A stretch of 64,000 nt of DNA from Eledone cirrhosa (Eukaryota), in NCBI GenBank assembly GCA_964016885.1, contig CAXHJY010001396.1, positions 1 through 64,000 on the forward strand, written 5' to 3'. The notes under the pieces are model-generated. The model searched no databases. It saw only the letters and a program-made list of their open reading frames with translations, and was not told the origin of the DNA. Below are positions 14,435 to 26,751 of this stretch, piece after piece. The position numbers and the translations under genes were made by a program. Positions within the stretch are counted from its first letter, which is position 1, and each line of letters opens with the position of its first letter.

Positions 14435-14519
14435 CGGATTCTTTTCCCAAAACACCATTTTTTTTACTTGAAACAACTTTACGTTTCAGTTGTTTGATTT
14501 TTGAGTATTCATATTGCAC
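14435..14519 (-). CDS. ADAMTS-like catalytic-domain exon with a frameshift (VQYEYSKIKQLKRK / LFQVKKMVFWEKNP)
   Basis: ttttacag acceptor, CCG|gtacgt donor; 85 nt between two phase-0 neighbours; the two halves read sensibly in different frames. Confidence 0.75.
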
Positions 14520-14652
14520 CTGTAAAACATACATATTGCATCTGTGAAACATACATATTGCACCTGTAAAACATACATATTGCATCTGTGAAACATACAT
14601 ATTGCACCTGTAAAACATACATATTGAGCCTAGAAAACATACATATTGAGCT
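14510..14652. repeat. 22-bp minisatellite built from the splice acceptor of the 14435-14519 exon
   Basis: Alternating catattgcacctgtaaaacata / catattgcatctgtgaaacata, about 6 units. Confidence 0.9.
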
Positions 14653-14923
14653 TGTCAATAAATTACATCTGTTATTTCTGCCAACTTATACTTGTACAAT
14701 GGAAGCTATTACATAAAGGTGTCTCAAGCTAGAAATCTCAGTTCATTTCTCTGAGCCCCTATATAGTTATCAGAAATACTGCAGTCATGTTGTAGTGAGT
14801 ATCTATAGAGCGAAAAAATTATTTATCATTGTGTAGTCGTGAATAGAATTATCTGAAAGCAACTATAATGTGATATCTCATTGCATAACAGTATAATCAT
14901 GGCACCTAACTCGCGAATATAGT

Positions 14924-15052
14924 GAAGGCACATCGCTTAGTGGTTAGAGCGTTGGGCTTACAATCGTTAGGTTTTTAGTTCGATTACTGGACCGGGTGGT
15001 GCGTTGTGTCCTTGAGCAAGACACATTATTTCACGTTGCTCCACCTCACTCA
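14924..15052 (+). mobile_element. tRNA-derived SINE family B (others at ~12040-12200-, 37381-37600+, 40120-40430+)
   Basis: A-box (gcttagtggttagagcg) and B-box (gttcgatt), followed by the shared body gtgtccttgagcaagacac...tttcacgttgctcca. Confidence 0.8.
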
Positions 15053-16005
15053 TGGAAATTCTCTATGTGCAAATCCCCGAATCATTCGTGAACGAATGGA
15101 GTCTTTACAACTCGCGAATATCTATATAAAATTAAGTTAACACTCAATAAATAGGAAAACATTTTTCCATTAGTTAAAAAGGCAATAAAGTACGATTTTC
15201 TGCTGCGTCACATGTATGTATGGACCTGTAACTCTTGAGGGAGTCGTCGGGGCGCCGTATTGACATACGCCTTTTCTAGGACATTTTTAAACCTGACAGA
15301 GCCCATCTCCTCTCCAGGTCTGAATACAGCAGATTTCATCCAGAGAAGGCTAGTGAATGAGCGAAAGAAAGAGATATAGACGAAGAATCAACCCCAGTAC
15401 TAGACTGGTACTTCTTTTATCGATATTCAATGAATGAAGGGCAGAGTTGACATCGGCGGGATTTGAACTCAGAAAGCAGAGAATCGGAACGAATACTGTA
15501 AAGCAAAGGTTCTCAACCCATTTCGGCCAGACTCCCCCTTTTGCCCCTCGAAATCACGAAACGCCCCCTACCCTATTTTTCCATTTTTCAATATACTACT
15601 GATTTTCATATCAGTAGATTATTGGGCCAAAACAAGTTATGTTAGAATCTTTAAAAAATACTCGTACGAATTAAATACAAAAAAGTTTCAGAAGCAAGCT
15701 ATTTCAAGTTATATATTTTTGAAAAATAGACGTGAATGTTCTCAAAGATTTGATCTCCGTCGAAAAAGCTTTTTTTTTTAATTCTATATTTCACTGTTAG
15801 CTGTTGTAATATTTTGAGTGAATAGACAATTCTACAATTCAATTTCTTACCTTTCTCTGAAATAACAAACTCAGGGGGAAAATAATACCTTGCAAAATAA
15901 AATACTTCGTAGCAATATAAAATCCTTAGTAGCAACGAATGAATTGAGAAGCTTGGTGACAGTGAGAAAGCATTATCTGTATCCCTTATATATATACATA
16001 GATTG

Positions 16006-16059
<54 letters not shown>

Positions 16060-16079
16060 ATACATACATACATATATAC

Positions 16080-16110
<31 letters not shown>

Positions 16111-16484
16111 CATACATACATACATACATACATACATACATACATGCACACACACACTTGTGTGTGTACCTTGGTTTTGGTACAGAAAGAATTTTATCTC
16201 CAGTTTTTATTGCCAGGTCAAAGGCCACTGCTCTTTTCAACAACGCCAAATAACAACGCCTTATATAAATATATATATATGAAGAGAGAAAGAGGGAGGG
16301 ATAGAGAGAGTAAGGAATGTGTGTGTGTGTGTGTGTGTGTGTGAGTGTTTGGTACACGTTTAGCTATCTATTTATCTATCTCCAACAGGGGGCTCAAACA
16401 TGCGGCCCGCGAACTACTTTTCTGTGGCCCGTGGTAGAACCTATATATAGAAAAATATATATATATATATGTGTGTGTATAATA

Positions 16485-16517
<33 letters not shown>

Positions 16518-16601
16518 CATTACACACTTAAATATAAATGCATAGCTATATACATACGTAAGTGTATGTCTGTATATATATATATATATGTATCTATGTA
16601 G

Positions 16602-16671
<70 letters not shown>

Positions 16672-16688
16672 ATACTAATTCATCGCCG

Positions 16689-16737
<49 letters not shown>

Positions 16738-16741
<4 letters not shown>

Positions 16742-19044
16742 TAATTTAATATATCAACTAACATAGGCGCACAGATGCACGTCCATGCCAGCAAATACAC
16801 AGGTTATGTCATAGTACCTAGGTGGTTCAATGCAGGAGGGTGCAGAACAATAATATAAAAGACGTAAGATGAGAAAATATTTTTTAAAAAAATTTTTTTT
16901 AAATCTTTTACTTACTTACTTAAATTTTCACTCCAGCTAATTAGTTTCTGCAATGGGATAAAGACAGTTACGTAATCCAACTGTCGAGAATTCATTGCGT
17001 CATCAGGGAGTCTATTCTCAGCTGAGTCTCCAGGCAATGCGCGGACACTGGCGGCTCATATAAAAATAATAATAATTCGGTAGAAAGAACAGCTGGCGAG
17101 GACTGGATTCCATGTACTGAAATTCTCACTGCTTCTAGTCAAATGGCCGATTCTAAAGAATCAATCACGTGACACAGAGGCTAGTTAGAAGGAATGGGAT
17201 GGTAAGATGACTGACGCCTACTAACACCCCAAAAAAAATTTAGAAGTGGTTTTGGCAGGTTTGCTCGACAAATCAGTGATTTGGAGATAAATATAGATAA
17301 TTTAATATATCAACTAACATAGGCGCACAGATGCACGTCCATGCCAGCAAATACACAGGTTATGTCATAGTACCTAGGTGGTTCAATGCAGGAGGGTGCA
17401 GAACAATAATATAAAAGACGTAAGATAAGAAAATATTTTTTTAAAAAATTTTTAAAAAATCTTTTACTTACTTACTTAAATTTTCACTCCAACTAATTAG
17501 TTTCTGCAATGGGATAAAGACAGTTACGTAATCCAACTGTCGAGAATTCATTGCGTCATCAGGGAGTCTATTCTCAGTTGAGTCTCCAGGCAATGCGCGG
17601 ACACTGGCGGCTCATATAAAAATAATAATAATTCGGTAGAAAGAACAGCTGGCGAGGACTGGATTCCATGTACTGAAATTCTCACTGCTTCTAGTCAAAT
17701 GGCCGATTCTAAAGAATCAATCACGTGACACAGAGGCTAGTTAGAAGGAATGGGATGGTAAGATGACTTACGCCTACTAACATCCCAAAAAAAATTTAGA
17801 AGTGGTTTTGGCAGGTTTGCTCGACAAATCAGTGATTTGGAGATAAATATAGATAATTTAATATATCAACTAACATAGGCGCACAGATGCACGTCCATGC
17901 CAGCAAATACACAGGTTATGTCATAGTACCTAGGTGGTTCAATGCAGGAGGGTGCAGAACAATAATATAAAAGTCGTAAGATAAGAAAATATTTTTTAAA
18001 AAAAATTTTTTTTAAATCTTTTACTTACTTACTTAAATTTTCACTCCAACTAATTAGTTTCTGCAATGGGATAAAGACAGTTACGTAATCCAACTGTCGA
18101 GAATTCATTGCGTCATCAGGGAGTCTATACTCAGCTGAGTCTCCAGGCAATGCGCGGACACTGGCGGCTCATATAAAAATAATAATAATTCGGTAGAAAG
18201 AACAGCTGGCGAGGACTAGATTCCATGTACTGAAATTCTCTCTGCTTCTAGTCAAATGGCCGATTCTAAAGAATCAATCACGTGACCCAGAGGCTAGTTA
18301 GAAGGAATGGGATGGTAAGATGAGACTCAGCTGAGAATAGACTCCCTGATGACGCAATGAATTCTCGACAGTTGGATTACGTAACTGTCTTTATCCCATT
18401 GCAGAAACTAATTAGTTGGAGTGAAAATTTAAGTAAGTAAGTAAAATATTTTTTTAAAATTTTTTAAAAAAATATTTTCTTATCTTACGTCTTTTATATT
18501 ATTGTTCTGCACCCTCCTGCATTGAACCACCTAGGTACTATGACATAACCTGTGTATTTGCTGGCATGGACGTGCATCTGTGCGCCTATGTTAGTTGATA
18601 TATTAAATTATCTATATTTATCTCCAAATCACTGATTTGTCGAGCAAACCTGCCAAAACCACTTCTAAATTTTTTTTGGGGTGTTAGTAGGCGTCAGTCA
18701 TCTTACCATCCCATTCCTTCTAATTAGCCTCTGTGTCACGTGATTGATTCTTTAGAATCGGCCATTTGACTAGAAGCAGTGAGAATTTCAGTACATGGAA
18801 TCCAGTCCTCGCCAGCTGTTCTTTCTACCGAATTATTATTATTTTTATATGAGCCGCCAGTGTCCGCGCATTGCCTGGAGACTCAGCTGAGAATAGACTC
18901 CCTGATGACGCAATGAATTCTCGACAGTTGGATTACGTAACTGTCTTTATCCCATTGCAGAAACTAATTAGTTGGAGTGAAAATTTAAGTAAGTAAGTAA
19001 AAATTTTTTAAAAAATTTTTTAAAAAATATTTTCTTATCTTACG

Positions 19045-19051
<7 letters not shown>
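16738..19051. repeat. 556-bp tandem array (2.8 direct plus 1.3 inverted copies), retrozyme / Penelope pLTR-like
   Basis: The marker ataatttaatatatc recurs at 16741, 17297 and 17853; orientation flips at ~18323; bounded by (TA)n. Confidence 0.93.
18341..18422 (+). ncRNA. Type I hammerhead ribozyme (also at 18897-18978+, 16930-17011-, 17486-17567-, 18043-18124-)
   Basis: actcc-CTGATGA-c-gcaatg[...gacagtt/aactgtc...]cattgc-a-GAAA-ctaattag-TT-ggagt: stems I, II and a palindromic III are all present. Confidence 0.8.
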
Positions 19052-19136
<85 letters not shown>

Positions 19137-19174
19137 GTAGATTTACGTATATATATACACACACATATATATAT

Positions 19175-20244
19175 ATCTTCATCAGGCAGTAACGGTCCAC
19201 AGAATCAAAGGCCTTCCTAAAGTCAATGAAAACCATGACCGCAGGAAGGCAGTTTGCTCTGGCTTATGGAATCCCCAAGAGGATAGTGGACCTGATATCA
19301 CTGCTCTACACCAACACCAAAGCCCAAGTCATTACACCTGATGGGATGACAGAGTTCTTTGAGATACTGGCTGGAGTGCTCCAGGGAGATACATTGGCTC
19401 CCTACCTTTTTATCATCGTAGTGGACTATTGTATGCGCCTTGCACTGGAGAAACACCAGGACTCTGGCTTTACTGTAGCACCGGCTCAGAGCAGGAGAGT
19501 TGGGGCGAAAAAGGTATCGGATGCTGAATTTGCCGACGACATAGTTTTGGTGACAAATACAGTGAAGGAGGCAGAGGATTTGATGCGGGAGGTTGAGACT
19601 GTGTCGATGAGTGTGGGGCTGAGAATGAATGAGACTAAAACAAAATATCTGGGAGAGAATGTTGAGAAGCCAGAGGGGATCACTAATGTAGGCGGGAAGC
19701 CGCTGGAATTGGTTGAGGACTTCCTGTATTTGGGAGCAAAGATTGGGAATACGGAAGATGATGTGGTTGAGAGGAAGAGCAAGGCCTGGGCGGCGTGTCA
19801 CAGCTTGAGATCGGTGTGGAAGTCGGACCTTCGTAGAGACCTGAAAATCCGCCTCTTCATTGCTGTAGTGGAGTCTGTGCTGCTGTATGGGTCTGAGACT
19901 TGGACACTGACCAAGAGACTCACTCAGATGGTGGATGGGTGCTACACGAGAATGCTGAGGATGGCTCTGAACATTAATCAGTATACACTGAGGATGAAAA
20001 ACTCAGAGCTGTATGGGAGCATCCCAAAAGTCAGCTCAAAAGTGACACAGAGGAGACTGAGGTTGGCTGGACATGCTCACCGACATCCAGAGTTGACATT
20101 GCACTCAGTGCTCCTTTGGGAGCCCCTACATGGACACACTAGAAGAGGAAGACCAAGGTTAACATATGTTGATGCCCTAAGGACAGACACTGGTCTGTTG
20201 GAGATGCAGGATATGGCAGCGATAATGAGGGACAGAGACCGCTG

Positions 20245-20247
<3 letters not shown>
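19175..20247 (+). mobile_element. RTE-group LINE fragment (RT and C-terminus) with an inverted 5' segment
   Basis: ORF 19226-20323 has GVLQGDTLAPYLF, FADDI, FLYLG, LLYGSETW and RGRP; the preceding motif [14 protein letters not shown] lies on the minus strand at 19175-19255. Confidence 0.92.
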
Positions 20248-20306
<59 letters not shown>

Positions 20307-20523
20307 CATATATATATATATAAATATACATACATATATATATATATATAAATATACATACATATATGTATATATAAATATACATACATATATATATATA
20401 TAAATATACATACATACATATATATATATAAATATACATACATATATATATATATATATATAAATATACATACATACATATATATATATATAAATATACA
20501 TACATACATATATATATATAAAT

Positions 20524-20597
<74 letters not shown>

Positions 20598-21290
20598 CTA
20601 CATACATACATATTATATATATATATATATATATATATAATGTATAAAAATCAATACAAAATAATTACCTCATTACCAGAGGTTTCCCGAATAAAACGAA
20701 TACGAAAGAGACGTCTTCATTCGTTCGTCGGACGAGGCAATATAAAACATAAATATTTTGAAAGTCTCCTCAAGAAATGCAAGAAAAATTATATATATAT
20801 AGATGAAGGTAATACAATAGACATATAAAATATAAAATATATAAAAAAATATTATAAGAAATATATTTAGGTGTGTGTATATGTATGTATATACTCACAG
20901 ATATACATATGTATATATGTACAAATGCGTGTGTATAATGAAAATGTGTGCGTAAATATATGTATGAGGGCGAGAATATTTGTGTATATGTAACGATGGA
21001 CACACATGATATGAGTGTCTGTTTGACAGGTATCCAGAGAAAACAGGGTGTTAGATACGTTATAAGAATATGAAGGCACGAGTATAAACACACACGCACG
21101 CGCGTACACTTATATGCGGAAGAAAAAGAGGTAAGGGAATGTAATAGTAAAAAGAAAGTATCAATGTGCTAACGATTGCACCAGCTCGCGCCTTATTTTC
21201 ACCAGTTACAATGCGATATGAAATATTGGTTCTACCACGGGCCACAGATAAGTAGTTCGCGGGCCGCATGTGGAGATAAATAGATAGATA

Positions 21291-24200
21291 TGTTTCTTTT
21301 ATTTGCCACCAGGGCATCAAAAGTGGGACAAGTACAATGGGGGGAGTTTACAAAACAAGGCGTCCTCAATAGGGAGGAAGCAATAACAATATATAAAAAT
21401 AAAATAAAATATAACAAAAAATAAAATTATAACAAAATCCTCAATAGAGAGGAGGCGCCTTGGGGGGTCGCACACACCCCCGAAACAAGTGTGCAACCCT
21501 TCTCCTCAGGAGCACAGAGAGGCGGTGCTCCCTCGTTCCTTCCTCTTTTCCACCTACAGGCTTATGTAAAGAGAAGGCCCATTCACACGGGCCATTCTCG
21601 CCACTTTCACCCACCTTTCATAAAAACGACTGGGGTGGACCACCTCTCTCTCTCCATCCTGATCCTTCTTCCGAAATGATATCGGAAGAAACGGACCAGT
21701 TGTTGGCCAGAGAGAAAGGTGCTTGACCTCAGTCCTTTCAGACGCGTCCACCATACAACTTCTTTCACCATGGCTATTACGCACAGAAACACCGTCTCTC
21801 CTTCATCTTTGAAGGGGGGAGGCGGCTTGATCATTACAATAGATTCGGTGGTCAACCGGATCGGTCCCACCCTTGACAGCAGTTGTTCGACAAGCCCCAC
21901 AGATCGGCTACGCCCGAGCAGTGTACCAATGCGTGTGCAACGGTTTCCTCGTCGCACACGCATCTGGGACAGATCTTTTTGGCGGGGTCCCTACCCGGGC
22001 GCCCGTGTCTGTAGAGCTTTTCTCGAACGGGTAGAGCCCCTCGGTAGCACTGCCAGGCCAGGGACTTCTGGAAGTTGTCCATAGGTCCCGGGCTGAATGT
22101 CCTACTGAACAGGCTGGCCAGTTCGTCCTCCTCCATGTCTAGGGCTTCTCTGAGGGCGTCGTCGCACCTGCTGCGTACCAGCCCTCTATAGAATGTTGCG
22201 GTGGAGTCTCCACTGATAACCGGATCCGCCTGCCAGAGGGCGGTGAGCGCCTGGGCACACTCAGTGTGCCAGGCGCCCAGTTTTCTCGGTCTTTGCTTGA
22301 CCCAGGATTGCAGCTCGGTGAGTGAGACGAGTCTGGGAAAGGTTCGTCTCACAAACGAGGCCCACACCGGTTGACCGGTGAGGAATACGTAGATGTGCCG
22401 TAGCCTTAATGCGTGTTTACGCATCATTAGCCACGGCATCCCCAGCCCTCCTTTCGAAGGGTGTTGACAGCAGATGGATCTCCTCACCATAGGAGCCCGC
22501 CTCTTCCAAAGGAATTGGAAGAGCGCGCGCTCCATCTTGGCGAGGGTTTCCCTTGGGCAGGGCACTACGGTCAGGCGGTAGTAGATGACGGACGCTATAT
22601 AGGTGTTCGCCACCTCCGCCCGACCTTTCAGGGATATATGCAACTGGCCCACTTCTGGGTCAGTGCAAACACCCTGTTCGTAACCTCCGCCCAGTTTTTC
22701 TCCACCTGGAGGTCCGGTCCGAACCAGACCCCGAGCAACTTCACCGGGCCCTCCGTCCAGCGTCCGACGACGCCATCGGAGGGCATCGGTCTGCCCCTCC
22801 ACGTGCCGAGTTGCAAACCGATCGACTTGTCCCGGTTCAGCTTAGCCCCTGTGAACCTTTCGTACTCCTCCAGTAAGGTGCCGACCGCCTCGATTTCGGA
22901 GGCCGTCGACACTATTACTGTCACGTCATCGACGTAGGCCGACACCGCTTTCCGCAATCCCGGTTCCAAAGGGATGCCTTGCAACAACTCCAACTTCCGC
23001 AATAGTGGCTCGAGAGTCAACACATACAGATGGGAGGAGAGAGGGCACCCTTGTTGGATGGACCGCGCGATTTTGAACGGCTCCGAGAGGTAGCCGTTCA
23101 CCTTGACCCTAGAGCAGATGCGGCTGCTGTGCATAGCAGTCATCCAGCCCCTGAAAACGGGTCCGAAGCCTGCCGCCGCTAGCACCGCATCCAGGTAACC
23201 ATGGTCGACCCTATCGAACGCCTTAGATTGATCCAAGTTGATCAGAGCCCCACCAAAGCCAGGTTCGTTCCCAACCCTCTCTATGATGTATCACATGAGG
23301 TGGAGGTTGTCATGGATGGACCTGGACGGGATAGCGCATGTCTGCACATCTCCCACCAGGTTGCCCACGACAAGCGCCAACCTCTTTGCTAGCATCTTGG
23401 CCAAAATCTGTAACTCTGTATTTAGCAGAGTTATGGGCCTGAAGTTACTTATTTCGTCCCCCTTGTTCTCGTCCTTCCTCACTAGCGTGACTACGCCCTT
23501 GGTCACAGTACAGGGAATTCTCCCGTTCTGTTGCCAGTTGCAGTAGACCGCCTCGAGGAGATCGGGGAACAAGTCCGGCATAGCTAGATATAATTCGTAA
23601 GGAAGACCATCGAGACCCGGGGATTTGCGTTTGACGCATTGGCTCAGCACGTCCTCTATCTCAGCGGCCGAAATCGGCTCCTCGCAGGACTTCGCCTCCC
23701 TGTCCGAGAGACGCGGCAGGCCGTCGAGGTATGGACCGAAGTCCACATCCCCAACCGGCTCCCCGCCCCTTCCGAACAGTCGGGCAAAGTGCCTTTGAAA
23801 GACATCTGCTTAGGCTCAAGAATCGCCCGTCCATCCTGGTCTCGCAAAGACCGGATGGTGGATTTAGTTCCACTGTTGGCCTCTGTCACGCGGGCCCAGC
23901 TAACAGCTTTGGTCCCCTCGTTCCCTAGAGCACGTATTTTAATTCGGGCAACGCAGCCTTCGTGCTTTGCGTCGAAAAACTGGCTCAAAGCCGTTCTCGA
24001 CGCTAGCACTCTGGCTACGTCGCCGCTTCTAATTGCCTATTCTACTCTATCTATTAGCTCCCTTTCCTTCCTATTCCTATCCGCAGCTAGAACCTTACTA
24101 AATTCTATCGAGACTACTCTAATCTCTCTCTTTAGAGATACCCACCACCTGCTGTTGACGATCGCTCCAGTCAACCGTTCCTTAACTAACGTACTAATCC

Positions 24201-26736
24201 GATCCCTGTAAGCTCTACTTGCCGGCAAGGACAAGTTGAGCTTCCAGTAACCGGGGCCCTGTCTATGCGTTCTATCAAGGTTGACCATGTAGGTCACCAA
24301 CTTGTGGTCTGAATAGCCAACCATGAGCATTTCTGGACAACTTAAAAAGTCCCTGTCCTTATTTCTAACTAAAAATCTATCTAGGTACGACCTAGATGAT
24401 CCGCTGCGATTTGACCAAGACCAGGTTGGCACCGTCGGAAAATCTAGTCGAAATCTATCGGCCAGGTCAAATCGGCCGAGTAACCCCTTGAGGCTGTTGC
24501 ACCCCTCTCTATCGGGACATACCCCTGCATAGTCTCAACGGGCATCCAGGATATCATTCCAGTCCCCCACTAAAAGCAGGGAACGGGACGTCCCTAGAAA
24601 AGACTCCAGACGCTGGAAAAAGTCGGGCCGCTCTGTCCCAAAAGGGGCATATGCGGCTACCAGCCTAAAGGCTCCACCTTCACCACTGCCAAGGTCCAGC
24701 ACCACCAGTCGACCCCCTGGGTCCAAGTGAACTATCTGTGTTGCAAGGCCCAGATGTTTTTGCAGCAGAACGACAACCCCACCCCCACCTCCGGGCTGAC
24801 AGAGAGATGCGTGCATCTCAAAGTCGTCAAAGGTGGGTGCTAGCTGCCGCATGCTGCTGATCCGGGCCTCGCAGATAACCATCACATTTATAGATTGTGA
24901 CCTGAGGTCATTTAGAAGCATTGCTTGCTTCCAAGATGAGCCCAGGCCACGCGCATTTAGACACCCTACTCTTAGCACAGCCATGTTGGTGGTAAGGAGA
25001 AAAGGCACTTACCTCTCTGCGTCCCGGGAAACGGGCCGCTCAATTTCCATGCTGGTTGGGGATGGGTTTTTGGGTGGGGTGGTGGTTTGTGGAAGTGAAG
25101 GGGCATCAGTGTGTTGTGGGGTTGGGGTGTTTGTGGTTGAGTGGGTGTCTGAGTGGGGTGGGGGTGAAATTTTTTAGGAGGACGCGGTTGATTGGTTTGG
25201 CGCAGGGGGGGGGGGAGGGGCACGTCCTCCGTGAAATTTATTTTCAGTGTTTTGTAAAAGTTCATTGGGACTTTAATCATATTTAAATGAGGTAGTCCCA
25301 CAGCAGTTATAAAGTTAGGCCCTTCAGTTTGGACCGAAGGGTTTGCTGAAATTGTTTTCAGTAATTCTTTGTTGTCTGTGTTCATGTATGTATATTGTAA
25401 GGTCTTTTTTTGTGTAGCAGTTAGTGTTGTGTGACAGGGAGGAGTGGTTTGTGTGTAGTTTGTGTTCTCTTGGGGAGGGTTAAAGTTAACATGTGTGTCT
25501 GTGGTGCGTCTCCTCTTCTTTCTTTTTACTTGTTGGAAGGGATCTTTTTCGTCTTGCGACGAAAGGGGTTCGTCTTCCTTGTTGGGTGGGAGGGGTATGT
25601 TTTCTGGTAGTGTTTGCGGTGTGTGTGTTTTTGTATTTGTTTTGGGTGGGGAGGGATTTGGGTGGGACAGTATTCTGTGTTATTTTTTCACGTGTTTGTT
25701 GTTGTTGTTGTTGTTGTGGTGGTGGTGGTGGTGTTGGTTTTTGTTGTTGTTGTTGTTGTGGTTGTTTTTGTTGTTGTTGTTGGGGTTGTGTTGGTGTTGG
25801 TAGCAGTGTTTTTTTCTGTGTGAGCTGGGGACAGGCAGCCCTCAGGTGACCTCTATTGCCACAGAGGTAACAGGAGGGACGCCTACCCTCCACAATAGTT
25901 AATCCTTTTGTATGAAAGTGAAGTCTCTCATCGCTTCTTTCAGTACTAACTGAATGTCAGCTTGAGATGGTTGTGCTGGTTTTTTTGTTTTATTTAAAAT
26001 TGTACGGAATACGACAGTTCGTAATTCCGTCTGTTTTTTTAGTTCTGGAGGTGAATTTATAGAAAACGAACCGTTTTCGCCAAAAGATATATATTTCTTG
26101 GCTTTTTCCAGCATTTGAAATATCTTCAAGCACATACGTGACTGATAATTTAGCCGTTTGTGCAAAAGATATTTTGTTTTCGTTGTTGGTGTTTGTATTG
26201 TTTTGTTTCTCGTCGTTTGAGTTGTTTTCATCTTTGTTGTTGTTGTTGTCTTTCTCGTTTGGTGTGTGGATACTTGTGACGTTTGTGTTGTTGTTGTTTT
26301 TGTTGTCTTTATTGTTGCTGTTGTTGTCGTTGTTGTTGTTGTTGTTTTCAGTTTCTTGTATAGTTGTGGCTACATCTAGTGGTCGGTCAACAGGTGAAGA
26401 CAATTCTTCCTCTGGCTGACCTCTGCCTTTGGCATCTGCTGCTGTGACAGTGGCAGGGGGAAGCTGTGAGTATAACTTCCCCTTTCCTTCTTTGATTGTT
26501 GGTGAAGATGCTTCAGCCATTTTTCTCAAAATAGGGTTTTTCGAAATTTTTCGAAAGATAAAATGTTTACAATACTATTTCGCCCAAAGGCGCAGAATAT
26601 TTTGAGAGACCGACCAGATCAAAATTTGACCTGGCAGTCCCTCTACAAAATGGTACAAAAATGAAAGTTTACAGTTCACAATTTCCGGATAAATTTAAAC
26701 GAAACTTACCGAGCGAGCTCAGCACATGTGTCCATC
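21291..26736 (-). mobile_element. Tx1-like (L1 group) LINE, copy 1: full-length ends, frameshifted, ORF1 internal deletion
   Basis: APE (CLNARG, GDWN, SDH), RT (PGLDG, LDQSKAFD, QGCPLS, YVDD), C-terminal CPRC...HALVHC; ORF1 knuckle CYLCGNRGHLRAAC. Confidence 0.93.
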
Positions 26737-26751
26737 GTAAAGAGTTAGATA

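Noticed and set aside
14924-15000. tRNA gene
   Set aside because: A/B boxes are present, but there is no proper acceptor stem and it continues into a repeated SINE body.
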